Of a stretch of DNA of 64,000 bases, positions 35,429 to 45,192 are shown piece by piece. The notes under the pieces are model-generated. The model saw only the letters and a program-made list of their open reading frames with translations, was not told where the DNA came from and did no database searches. The stretch's first letter is position 1; every line of letters begins with the position of its first letter. The stretch is from Nanobdellota archaeon (GTDB taxonomy: Archaea; Nanobdellota; Nanobdellia; Pacearchaeales; GW2011-AR1): positions 27,343-91,342 of the forward strand of contig JAGQJT010000002.1 in the NCBI GenBank assembly GCA_020430505.1, read 5' to 3'. A program made the position numbers and the translations under genes.

Positions 35429-38400
35429 ATGAATAGTAAAAGAGGGTTTGTTTTTTTATTAGCTTTAGTTTTCACAATTTTAGTTGTTTCTGGAGTTTTA
35501 GCAGAATGTACATTTACCGAGATAGAGCATTTTAATCAAGGGTCTAGTGATGTTAAAATCTTTCAGTACGGGAGTAACATTTACACTTTGAATCAATTTT
35601 CTTCCTCTTCTGATTTAAGAGCGTTCTCCTGGGATGGTTCAACTGCAGTAGCAAATGGAGTCTTTGGATTTATTGGGGCGGGTTCTGGAATATTCAAACA
35701 AGGAAATTATCTATTTGTCACAACTTCTTCAACAAATCAAGAATTAATGGCTTTTGAATTTGGAACATCTCTTTCTTCACAATCCCCTTTTTCCAAAAGT
35801 TTATCTTTTACACCAAAGGCAATATGGGGAGATGGAGAATTTATATATGTCTTAGGTCCAAATGGAATTTATGCTTACACTTTCGAAGGAGAAGAATTTA
35901 CATTAGTGAATAGTAAAAGTCTTGAAAATACAAGAGATATGTGGGGGAAAGGCAATTATATTTATGTTGCACAAGGTGAAGATGGGATAACTGCTCTTAA
36001 TTTCGATGGAGTGAGTTTTCAAGAAATAGCAAACAAAGCAATTTCTCAAAGTGGAATTGAATCTGCAGAAAAGATATGGGTAGACCCTTTAACTGGAAAA
36101 ATATATTCCTTTATAGAGTTTGATGGGCTAAGAGTATATGCTTTTGATGGTACAACTTTTGATAATGTTGGGTTCTTACCAGAATCAGTTTATAGCATTC
36201 AAGATATTTGGTCTAATGGAGACAATGTATTTTTGGCATATGGAGATCAAGGAACAAAAGCATACGTTTTTGATGGAACAAGTTTCCTTACTGGAGGAAC
36301 ACAATTAGAATCTCTTTCTGGAACGAGTTCTAGAGGAGTGTGGGGGCAATCAATAACTGGAGAACCTACTTTAATTTACGTTGCAAATTATAATGCTGGA
36401 TCATATGTTTATACTTATCAGTGTAGTACTTCACCTGGCTCTGGAGGAGGATTAGAAAATTCAAATGGAGTTTGGAGAAATTTTGAAAACACTCTTTCAA
36501 TAACCTCAGAGACTTTTAATTTAAGTGATATTCCCGACCCAGAATTGGGTTACACAGTGGATAATTCTAATACTGTAAAGATTTTTATTTCTGGAACAGA
36601 CCTAAATGAAGGGGATGACGTTCAGATTCAAGTGGTAAAACAAAATGCAGCAGGAACTTGGCCAACTTATATAACTACTCTTTATGGAATTGCAAATTCA
36701 AATGGACAAGTAATTGTTGATTGGACTGTTTTCAAGACACAATTAAACGATTTAGAACTTGAAAATGGTGGGACAAAAAACCTTTACTTTAAAGTTTTCG
36801 CAAATGGGGAATCAAAAGTATTTTCGAATAGAATACTTTCTTTAACAATTCTTGATGATTTAAACACCCCGCCATCTCCTACAGGAAATGCTGCTTGGAT
36901 GAACTATGCGTTTACAAGCTTAATAAGTTCAATAAGCTTAAATATTGCTAATCTTATCGGAGGAGAAATTCCCGTTAGTTCAAAAAATAGCGTAGGATTG
37001 ATTTATGAAAATAATAGCTTATCTCAGGGAACAGGAGTTACTTTCAAAATATATAACAACGAAAATTCCCAATTAATCAGAACAATTCAAGGACCAACTA
37101 TCAATTCAAACCATCAAGCAAAAACTACTTGGACTCTTAATGAAGATGATTTAAATGCTGCTCTTGGAGCAGGATTCTCTGGTGGAGATTCATTCAATGC
37201 ATATTTCTCTGTTGAAACCTCTTTCCAAGGAAATATTCTTGGAACATTTACAACTAAAATTTTGAATATAAATCTCTTCGCTATTGAAGATTTACTTGGA
37301 TATTGGTGGGATTACAATAACCAACCGATATTGGGCCAGATTACATTTTATGAAGGAAATCTTGGAGGAGTTGCAAATTCTGGGAATACTGTTAAAGTGC
37401 ACGCAGAAAGCAATATCCCAAGTAGTTCAGCAGTTTATGTAGATGTTTGGGAAGAAGATTTGCTTTCAGCGGATGATGAAATAAGAACTTCAAATACTCC
37501 AAGCGGACCATTAACTGGAACTGTTCAAAATGGAGAGATAACTTTCCCTTGGACTGTAAGCCTTCAAGATATTGCATTAACAAGTGATGATAATAATGGA
37601 GAGTACAAATTTTACTTTAAAGTACATGTTGATGATGAGATTAAGGATTTCTCAAATGTAATCTTAAATTTGAAAGTTGTGAACTTAGACCAACCTTATG
37701 CATATTGGGCAGAACCAGTAGACGAGATCCAAATAAATTCGTGGGTATTTCCTACTGAGGGAGAAAACATCTTAGCAATAGTAGAAAACTCTGGATTGCC
37801 TGAAGGAGCACAAGACATAACTATTTATGATTCTGATTCAGTAAGTGGGGAAAGCGGAGCAGATGATCCAATCAAGACTTTAACAGGATACGTCGATGAA
37901 AATGAGAAACTTACTGTTCTTTGGACAATGGAAAATGCTGATTTCATCGCAGCACAAGAAGAAGAAGGCGATGAGTATTATGAATTCTATTTCACAGTTG
38001 ATGGTGTAAATACTGAGGAACCAATCTTGAATACTTCTTATTCTCAAGCAATAATTTTAGACTGTGAGAACGACATTTTAACTTGCCAAGATTATTTAGA
38101 AATGCAACTTTGTCAAGAAGATCCTTGTGGAGTTAATGTTTCTTCCTCTCCCAACTGTGACGATGAAAATATAACTTGTTTGTGTGAGTGGGATGAAAAT
38201 GCAGAACCTAGTTGTTCTGGTGCTCAAGTGTTCATAAATCCTTCAGGAGTAGACCCTTCATTAATAGGAACTTGTTCATTCTCACAAAATATAATAGAAA
38301 ATTCATGTGAAACCCAAGGACAAATGCACATTGAATGGTTAGCAAATTGGAGATGGAATGCAGATTATAACACATTCTCAAGTAATGGGGAGTGTACTAG

Positions 38401-38671
38401 TGAATGGATTAGCAGAGGAATTGAAGGGAATTATGCAAATACTTGGTGCATTGAAGATCCAGAGACAGAAGGAATTTGGCACTTTGATCCTCCAGAAGCA
38501 CCCGGAGAATTATCCTGGTCATCATACTGTTCACCAGGAGATGATTGGATTGCATGCCCTGCACAAATACAACTTCCATTCGGGAATTGGGTAAATTGGA
38601 TTGCTGCATTAATAGTGATTCTAATGGTTTACTATTTGATCTCAACTACAAGAACAAAAAAGAAAAAATAA
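35429..38671 (+). CDS. Giant surface protein: beta-propeller-like repeats, four tandem Ig-like repeats, Cys-rich domain, C-terminal TM anchor
   Basis: ORF track starts at TTG 35414; ATG 35429 gives the signal peptide MNSKRGFVFLLALVFTILVVSGVLA. About seven repeats of about 45 aa follow (GNYIYVAQGEDGITALNFDGVSF; LRVYAFDGTTF; TKAYVFDGTSF), then four about 140-aa repeats each ending YFKV...FSN-IL-L; 25 Cys in the last 200 aa; C-terminal helix plus RTKKKK. Confidence 0.6.
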   Translation: MNSKRGFVFLLALVFTILVVSGVLAECTFTEIEHFNQGSSDVKIFQYGSNIYTLNQFSSSSDLRAFSWDGSTAVANGVFGFIGAGSGIFKQGNYLFVTTSSTNQELMAFEFGTSLSSQSPFSKSLSFTPKAIWGDGEFIYVLGPNGIYAYTFEGEEFTLVNSKSLENTRDMWGKGNYIYVAQGEDGITALNFDGVSFQEIANKAISQSGIESAEKIWVDPLTGKIYSFIEFDGLRVYAFDGTTFDNVGFLPESVYSIQDIWSNGDNVFLAYGDQGTKAYVFDGTSFLTGGTQLESLSGTSSRGVWGQSITGEPTLIYVANYNAGSYVYTYQCSTSPGSGGGLENSNGVWRNFENTLSITSETFNLSDIPDPELGYTVDNSNTVKIFISGTDLNEGDDVQIQVVKQNAAGTWPTYITTLYGIANSNGQVIVDWTVFKTQLNDLELENGGTKNLYFKVFANGESKVFSNRILSLTILDDLNTPPSPTGNAAWMNYAFTSLISSISLNIANLIGGEIPVSSKNSVGLIYENNSLSQGTGVTFKIYNNENSQLIRTIQGPTINSNHQAKTTWTLNEDDLNAALGAGFSGGDSFNAYFSVETSFQGNILGTFTTKILNINLFAIEDLLGYWWDYNNQPILGQITFYEGNLGGVANSGNTVKVHAESNIPSSSAVYVDVWEEDLLSADDEIRTSNTPSGPLTGTVQNGEITFPWTVSLQDIALTSDDNNGEYKFYFKVHVDDEIKDFSNVILNLKVVNLDQPYAYWAEPVDEIQINSWVFPTEGENILAIVENSGLPEGAQDITIYDSDSVSGESGADDPIKTLTGYVDENEKLTVLWTMENADFIAAQEEEGDEYYEFYFTVDGVNTEEPILNTSYSQAIILDCENDILTCQDYLEMQLCQEDPCGVNVSSSPNCDDENITCLCEWDENAEPSCSGAQVFINPSGVDPSLIGTCSFSQNIIENSCETQGQMHIEWLANWRWNADYNTFSSNGECTSEWISRGIEGNYANTWCIEDPETEGIWHFDPPEAPGELSWSSYCSPGDDWIACPAQIQLPFGNWVNWIAALIVILMVYYLISTTRTKKKK

Positions 38672-38723
38672 ATTTATTTTCAATTCTAAAAATATTTATA
38701 AACACTTTTTTCCTTTGAGAGTG

Positions 38724-41351
38724 ATGAATAGGAAAGAGGTTTTAGCAATCGTTTTAATTCTAACAAGTGTAATATTAGTATCTGCAAGTTTTGAGAAGGG
38801 AGACCCTTCAAATGATGTTTTAACTACTTACATAAAAGATTCATTCCTAAGTGGATGGATTAATATTAGTTTTAATGACACATCTCTAGATTCAAAATTC
38901 ACGGACACCTTTGGAAATGAGGTAAAATTAGAAGAACTTCTTGGTACAAATGAAAATTCTCAGTTAAATTATGAATGTACAATTCAAGATTGTTCTAGTA
39001 CATATTCTGCATCTTCTCCTTCAGAAGGAATTTCCTATAACATGCAGAGCAATTCTACTGATTTTTTCGGACTCAAGTTCACTGGCCAAATAGAAACAAT
39101 AGATTCTATTTCATTTACCTTCAATAGTAATGCTGCAGCATCTTGTGATAATCAAATAAAATTAGATATTCTAAATGATGGGGAAATTGATGCTTGGAAC
39201 AACAAATCATCAACCACTCTTTGTGAAGCAATAAATCAAGGATGTTACGAAGGATCTGAAAGCGGAGGAGGACTTCCTCCCGGAGGAACTGCAATAGCAG
39301 CAATATATGATCCAGAAGAAATTTTAATAGGAACTACTCCATTATGTCAAAAGATTAATTTTACCGAAAGCAATGGTTTCAAAATTGGAGCTTGGATAAG
39401 AGAAAAAACTGCAGGAACTAGTCAAGTAATGATGAGCCTTTACTCTTTAGGAGGAAATAAAATAAGTGAATGTAATCTTTCCAAAGCAACAATGGGTTCA
39501 GTAGGAGTTCATGTTTCTTGTGATGCAAATTATAGTATTCAAGAACCCACTGAAAACTATGTTTGCGTTAAAACCAGTGAAGGAACTGGAGAATATAAAA
39601 CTCAAGGGTATGCTCCAAATGAAGGAGCTTGTGGATTTTTTGGATATCCTCCAGGAGAAGAAACAAGTGCTTATGATATATTTGTACAAAATAAAAAATT
39701 CAATAGTCCTGGAACAATAAGTGTTTCAAATAATTTGCAGAATGGAAAAAATTTTGCTTCAATTGTTCAAGAGTACATAACAGAAAACTATGGGAGTTTG
39801 GATTGTTCTGATGGATGTGTGGTTCCAATAAAAATAATCTCTTCTTTAGCCCAAACGGTTAATTTAAATAATTTAGTTATATATTATAGCAAAACAGGTC
39901 TTCCAGGATTAGAAGAAAATGACTTCTATGAAGTAGAGGAAATTTCCTCCGGAATAAATGCAAATTTTCAAAAACTTTACTTAGATGGAAAGTTTAGTTT
40001 AAACCAACTTGGAGAAAAGAATTATGTTTTATCTCTTGAGGGAACCGAGATATTCAACAAAGGGCTAATAATAAAAGACATTTCAATGAGCTTGAATCCC
40101 CAAAATGTAGTTGCAGAAGTTCCAACAGAATTCAAAGTTGAATTTAGCCCTGAACAAAATGTTGAAAGTTATTACTGGGATTTTGGAGATGGAAATTATG
40201 AAACAACAAATAATTCTTTCGTTAATCACAAATATTCTCAAATAAACAATTACACCATGAAAATAACTGCACAAACTGAGGATAATGAAAGTTTATTCAA
40301 AAGCTTTGAAATAGTGGTTGAATCTCCTGAGAAAATTATCAATTCAACAATTATAGATTTAAGAAAAGAAATAGGACAACTTGAAACAAAGATTGAAGAA
40401 AAATTTCCGACAGACAGTTTCTCTGTTTCCGCAATAAAGAGCACACTTAAATTAGATTACATAAAGAACAGACTAGATGAATTAGAAGGCGATGCAATGA
40501 ACGCAACCAGCGACGAGGAATTCATAAACATAGCAGAAGAACTTTATTCATTTGAAATTCCAGATTCAATAAGTAATGTAGAAGTTCCTGCATTGATTTA
40601 TGTGATGGAGAGGGATTTAATTGATTTAAACACAATTTCGGAGATAACTGGGGAAAGTTATAACCCTGATTTAGAAGAAGCTTATCTAGATGCGCTTGTT
40701 TATTGGGGAAGTGTTGAGGCTGGGATAAAAATAAAAACAAATCAAATTATTCTTTACAAAGACGAAATTCAACAGAAGAACATTGGGGTTTTTGAAGTTA
40801 CCTTTGATAATTTTGAAAATGACTTATATTTTGTTAGCCCAGAATTAGAGGATTTATTCTTTGAAGAAAACGCTTCTACGATTGGACAGTACACATACCT
40901 TCCAATAACCTCAAACAATTTCAAATTTTCTACAAGTGAGATTTTATCACAGAGTGAGCTTCCAGTTATTATCTTCCCAGAATTGTCCAAGTTGGGAGTT
41001 ATTGATGATAATTATGAACCTCCAGTTAGCTCAGAAAAAAAGAGCCCTTTAAAATGGATTTTATTGGCATTAGTTTTAGTTATTGCAGGAGTAGTTTATT
41101 TTGTTTTATACAGATGGTATAAAAACAAATATGAAAGCAAATTATTCCCTGACAAAAATAATTTATACAACTTAGGACACTACATACATAATGAAAAAAG
41201 AAAAGGAACTCCAAATTCAAAAATACGAGATAATTTAAGAAAAGCAAAATGGTCTGGAGAGCAAATCACATATGCTATGAAGAAATACTATGGAAAAAAT
41301 ACTGGAATGTTTTCTTTTTCGGGCAAAAAAGACGAAAAAGTTAATAAATGA
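38724..41351 (+). CDS. Large surface protein with PKD domain and C-terminal TM anchor
   Basis: ORF track starts at TTG 38715; ATG is at 38724 with a signal peptide. YWDFGDGNYETTNN...H is the PKD signature WDFGDG; C-terminal TM helix plus a basic cytoplasmic tail. Confidence 0.6.
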   Translation: MNRKEVLAIVLILTSVILVSASFEKGDPSNDVLTTYIKDSFLSGWINISFNDTSLDSKFTDTFGNEVKLEELLGTNENSQLNYECTIQDCSSTYSASSPSEGISYNMQSNSTDFFGLKFTGQIETIDSISFTFNSNAAASCDNQIKLDILNDGEIDAWNNKSSTTLCEAINQGCYEGSESGGGLPPGGTAIAAIYDPEEILIGTTPLCQKINFTESNGFKIGAWIREKTAGTSQVMMSLYSLGGNKISECNLSKATMGSVGVHVSCDANYSIQEPTENYVCVKTSEGTGEYKTQGYAPNEGACGFFGYPPGEETSAYDIFVQNKKFNSPGTISVSNNLQNGKNFASIVQEYITENYGSLDCSDGCVVPIKIISSLAQTVNLNNLVIYYSKTGLPGLEENDFYEVEEISSGINANFQKLYLDGKFSLNQLGEKNYVLSLEGTEIFNKGLIIKDISMSLNPQNVVAEVPTEFKVEFSPEQNVESYYWDFGDGNYETTNNSFVNHKYSQINNYTMKITAQTEDNESLFKSFEIVVESPEKIINSTIIDLRKEIGQLETKIEEKFPTDSFSVSAIKSTLKLDYIKNRLDELEGDAMNATSDEEFINIAEELYSFEIPDSISNVEVPALIYVMERDLIDLNTISEITGESYNPDLEEAYLDALVYWGSVEAGIKIKTNQIILYKDEIQQKNIGVFEVTFDNFENDLYFVSPELEDLFFEENASTIGQYTYLPITSNNFKFSTSEILSQSELPVIIFPELSKLGVIDDNYEPPVSSEKKSPLKWILLALVLVIAGVVYFVLYRWYKNKYESKLFPDKNNLYNLGHYIHNEKRKGTPNSKIRDNLRKAKWSGEQITYAMKKYYGKNTGMFSFSGKKDEKVNK

Positions 41352-41374
41352 TAAAAACAAACTAATTGAATAAG

Positions 41375-42016
41375 ATGGCAATTAAAGGATTCAAAAATTT
41401 TTTTAGAAAGATTTTCTCTAATATATTCAAGAATAAAAAAGAAGTCAAGCTAGGATTCTATGGACCTCCTAACGCTGGAAAGACTAGTCTTGCAAATAGG
41501 ATCTGTAAGGATTTCACTGGAGAAGAGATTGGGAGTGTAAGCAAAGTTCCTCATGAAACAAGAAATGTTCAATTTAAAGAAAAGGTAGAAATAAGTTATA
41601 AAGGAAAAAAGATGACTTTCAAAATTGTTGACACTCCCGGAATTGCAACAAAAATTGATTATGAAGAATTCTTAAAATACAAAGTAAATAAAAAGGATGC
41701 GAAAAAAAGAGCAAAGGAAGCAACACAAGGTATTGTTGAGAGTATAAAATGGTTAGACGACATGGATGTTGTAGTGGTAGTATTAGATTCTACAGAAAAT
41801 CCATACAATCAAGTAAATATAACCATAATAGGAAACTTAGTCGCAAGAAAAATACCTGTATTGATTGTCGCAAATAAAAAAGATTTACGAACTTCAAATT
41901 TAAAGAAAATAGAGGCTGCTTTCCCAGAGTACGAAGTTGTTGGAATAAGTGCAAAATATGGGAAAAATTTGGAAGATTTTTATGAATCTTTATTTAAGCT
42001 TTCCAAAAAATTATAA
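41375..42016 (+). CDS. Small P-loop GTPase (TRAFAC class, Ras/Era-like)
   Basis: ORF track starts at TTG 41366; ATG is at 41375. G1 is GPPNAGKTSL, G3 DTPG, G4 NKKD, G5 SAK. Confidence 0.7.
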   Translation: MAIKGFKNFFRKIFSNIFKNKKEVKLGFYGPPNAGKTSLANRICKDFTGEEIGSVSKVPHETRNVQFKEKVEISYKGKKMTFKIVDTPGIATKIDYEEFLKYKVNKKDAKKRAKEATQGIVESIKWLDDMDVVVVVLDSTENPYNQVNITIIGNLVARKIPVLIVANKKDLRTSNLKKIEAAFPEYEVVGISAKYGKNLEDFYESLFKLSKKL

Positions 42017-42018
42017 AA

Positions 42019-42423
42019 ATGAAGGTAAAAAGAGGTATGAAAAAAATAAAAGGATTCTCACTCCAGTTCTTGCCTTATTCGGAGATAAAAGGGTTAAATG
42101 GAGATGAAAGAATAAGAAAAATATTGAACATAGTTCTAGGGAATAATATTCTAATTCTTCAAGGTAAATTAAAGACAGATGAAGAAACAAGATTAATAGG
42201 CGATACTATGGCCATGATTGGACATGTTAAAGGCTTCAAAGGAATTGAACTTGCAGTAATTTCTGAAAATGGAAACAAAGGGATGTTTGGAAAAATGAAG
42301 CAAGGGATTGTAAGAAGTTTAAGTGGAGGAGATCTCGGTGCAATCACAATAATTGGTCCTGCTAGCATAGTTAAGGAAATCAAAAGAAATCCTAAAAAAA
42401 TAGAACTCCTACTCAGTAGATAA
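42019..42423 (+). CDS. Hypothetical protein co-transcribed with the GTPase
   Basis: 134 aa, 2-nt gap after the GTPase stop. No motif recognised. Resemblance to the archaeal DUF2073-type GTPase partner is from memory only. Confidence 0.4.
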   Translation: MKVKRGMKKIKGFSLQFLPYSEIKGLNGDERIRKILNIVLGNNILILQGKLKTDEETRLIGDTMAMIGHVKGFKGIELAVISENGNKGMFGKMKQGIVRSLSGGDLGAITIIGPASIVKEIKRNPKKIELLLSR

Positions 42424-42454
42424 GACTTATAAATCCAAAAAACGTAGTTTTAAT

Positions 42455-43234
42455 ATGAAAAAAAGAGGGTTGTCCACAGTTGTTTCAACATTAATAATAA
42501 TTCTTTTAGTATTAGTTTCTGTAGGTATTATATGGGGAGTTGTAAGCAATTTACTTAATACCCAGAAAGAAAAAATTTCTTTTGATAAATTTTCAATACA
42601 ATTAGAGATAAAAAAAGTTCAAATTGATTCAGATACAAATACTACTGCTGTGACAGTGAAAAGAAATCAAGGAGAAGGAGAGATATCTGGAATGAAATTA
42701 ATCTTCAGTGACGGAGAAAATTCAGAGACTACAGATGTAAGCCCTCTTGGAGAGCTAGAACAAATGACTTACATTATTACATTAGAGAATATTGACGTAG
42801 ATAATTTGAAAAAAGTTTCAATCGCACCTTTCGTCGAAAATATTGAGGGGGAACAGATACTTGGAGAACCAGCTTTGGAATTCAAGGTTAATCCTAATAA
42901 TCAAGCTAATTTGGGAACTGAAGCAGATTGTGGAAATGGAATTATCGAATCAGGAGAAGAATGTGATGATGGAGATTCTAATGGAAATTTATGTTCTCCT
43001 CAGTACGGAAGTAGTTGTGATTATTGTTCTAATTCCTGTACAATTGAAACAATCCAGGGAGACTATTGTGGAGATGGAATAGTAAATGGAAATGAACAAT
43101 GTGATGGATCTGCAGGAGGAATCACTTGCCAAGAACTAGGAGGGCCTGGATGTGAAGGGGGACCCGTATTTTGCACTGGATGCGAGATTAGTACTCAATA
43201 CTGTGAAGGATTTTGCATATATACTGAATCTTAA
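42455..43234 (+). CDS. Pilin-like protein with C-terminal CGDG cysteine-rich repeats
   Basis: MKKRGLSTVVSTLIIILLVLVSVGIIWGVV is a class-III signal peptide (RG|L); CGNGIIESGEECDDG and CGDGIVNGNEQCDG are two copies of a C-G-D/N-G-I-x-x-G-E-x-C-D repeat. Confidence 0.6.
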   Translation: MKKRGLSTVVSTLIIILLVLVSVGIIWGVVSNLLNTQKEKISFDKFSIQLEIKKVQIDSDTNTTAVTVKRNQGEGEISGMKLIFSDGENSETTDVSPLGELEQMTYIITLENIDVDNLKKVSIAPFVENIEGEQILGEPALEFKVNPNNQANLGTEADCGNGIIESGEECDDGDSNGNLCSPQYGSSCDYCSNSCTIETIQGDYCGDGIVNGNEQCDGSAGGITCQELGGPGCEGGPVFCTGCEISTQYCEGFCIYTES

Positions 43235-43274
43235 TTTCAATTAATTTTAAATAGTTCTTAAACTAATCCTAAAT

Positions 43275-43691
43275 ATGCCACACCAATGCGTTAGATGTTC
43301 TAAGATAATTCCGCAAGGAAGTAGGGAAATTTTAGAAGGTTGCTCCAATTGTAAGAGCCATTTCTTTTTCTATATTAGAGAAGAACAGCTTGAAAAACTA
43401 AAGGAAAATCCTATGCAAGATGTTCCAGAGAATGAAAAGAAAAAAATAGAAAAAGACATAAGAGATATAGCAGGAATTGAGGAAGAGAACATGCCTGTAA
43501 TACTTGATTTTGAGTCTATAAGAGTCACTGGGCCCGGAAAATTCGAAATTGATGTCGTTAACCTATTTAATGAAAAAAGACCCCTTATTTACAAACTAGA
43601 AGAAGGAAAATACATAATTGATTTGGCAACAACTCTTGGAAGATACACTAAACATCTCAAAGAGGAAAAGGAAGATGAAAAAGCTGAATGA
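43275..43691 (+). CDS. Zn-ribbon protein
   Basis: 138 aa; N-terminal CVRCSKI...CSNCKS (CxxC-x16-CxxC); acidic C-terminus. Confidence 0.5.
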   Translation: MPHQCVRCSKIIPQGSREILEGCSNCKSHFFFYIREEQLEKLKENPMQDVPENEKKKIEKDIRDIAGIEEENMPVILDFESIRVTGPGKFEIDVVNLFNEKRPLIYKLEEGKYIIDLATTLGRYTKHLKEEKEDEKAE

Positions 43692-44949
43692 AGTTCTGAA
43701 TAGGGTTCTTGATAAGATTACTCCTGAAAAAAATGAAGTAAAAATTGTTGAGAAAGAAGTTAAGAATTTTATTGAAAAATTTAAGAAAGATATTAAGAAA
43801 AACAAGATAAAAGCAGACATATTCACGGGGGGAAGTTTTGCGAAAGGAACTGCAATAAGAAAGAAATTACATGATGTGGATTTATTTGTAAGATTTTCTA
43901 AGGAATATCCAAATGAAAAACTATCTTCTCTTCTTAAGAGATTATTAAAAAATAAAAAGAATGTTAAGTTAATTCATGGATCTAGAGATTATTATAGAGT
44001 TTTTTTTGGAGAAAGCTTTTTTATAGAGTTGATTCCGGTTTATAGAATAACTAGGCCAAAAGACGCAGAGAATATAACTGACCTTTCTTATTCACACGTG
44101 AATTATGTAAAGAAGAAAACCAAAGACAAAAAATTACTTAATGAAATAAAGCTTGCTAAAGCGTTTTGCCAAGCACAAAGAGTTTATGGCGCGGAATCTT
44201 ACATAAAGGGATTTTCTGGATACTCAATTGAATTATTAATTATCCATTATGGAAGTTTTGTCAAACTTTTGAGAGCAATTGCAAACTCTAAAGATGAAAA
44301 AATTGTAATTGACCAAGAGAGATTATACAAAAATAAAAAAGAAGTCTTGATGGATTTAAATGGTTCTAAACTTGATTCGCCAATAGTTCTTATTGATCCA
44401 ACGCATAAAGCGCGTAATGCTCTAGCCGCACTTTCGGAAGAAAGTTTTAATAAATTTAAAAATGCAGCAAAGAAATTCTTAAAATCACCGTCGATAAAAG
44501 ATTTTTTTCCCGACAAATTAAATTTGGGTAAACTAAAAGAAGATGCTTTAAAAAATAAAAATGAATTCATAGAGATAAATCTTAAAACAAATAAACAAGA
44601 AGGCGATATTGCGGGCTCAAAATTAAAGAAATTTTACAATCATTTAAGCAAAGAAATTTCAAAATATTTTGAGATTAAAAGAAAAGGTTTTTCCTATGGA
44701 GGCAAAAAACAGGCCAATTGTTTTTTTGTTGTGAAAAAAAGAAAAGAGATTGTAATTGGAGGACCTTTAACCAAAGACAAAAAGAACATTGCAAAGTTCA
44801 GAAAGAAACACAAAAATACTTTCGCCAAAAAAGGCAGAATTTATTCTAGAGTGAAAGTTAATTTTAGTTTGGATAATTTTCTGAAAGGTTGGATCTCAAA
44901 GAATAAAGTTAAGTTGAGAGAGATGGATGTTTTGGGTGTTGAGTTTTAA
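43676..44949 (+). CDS. cca: CCA-adding enzyme, archaeal class I tRNA nucleotidyltransferase
   Basis: ORF track starts at 43618, overlapping the upstream gene; ATG 43676 gives MKKLNEVLNRVLDKITPEKNEV. FTGGSFAKGTAIRKKLHDVDLFV is the GS...DxD polymerase-beta motif in the archaeal CCA arrangement; about 424 aa. Confidence 0.7.
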
Positions 44950-45191
44950 TCTATTTTTTTTATCTCAAGCTTATCAATCAATGATTTTGGAAGAATTTTA
45001 TTACATTTATCTACAGCCAAATTAAATTCAATTTTATATTCTTCAGAAGATTTGCTTTTCTTTATTGCAAAAATTCCCAATTTATCTTGAGTTTCATACG
45101 ACATTTTTGCACTCTCCCAAGAGATATAAGCTTTTATAGCATCTATTTTTCCTTGGTCAAGTTCCTTTTGAGTATATTTTTTCTCTTCCAT
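44946..45191 (-). CDS. Small hypothetical protein (81 aa)
   Basis: ORF track starts at TTG 45221; ATG is at 45191, 2 nt downstream of the TrmB stop, so probably co-transcribed. Confidence 0.35.
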   Translation of the reverse strand: MEEKKYTQKELDQGKIDAIKAYISWESAKMSYETQDKLGIFAIKKSKSSEEYKIEFNLAVDKCNKILPKSLIDKLEIKKID

Positions 45192-45192
45192 T

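Noticed and set aside
43618-43675. Upstream extension of the cca ORF
   Set aside because: The ORF-track start at 43618 overlaps the Zn-ribbon gene by 74 nt. The ATG at 43676 gives the canonical archaeal CCA N-terminus with only a 16-nt overlap.
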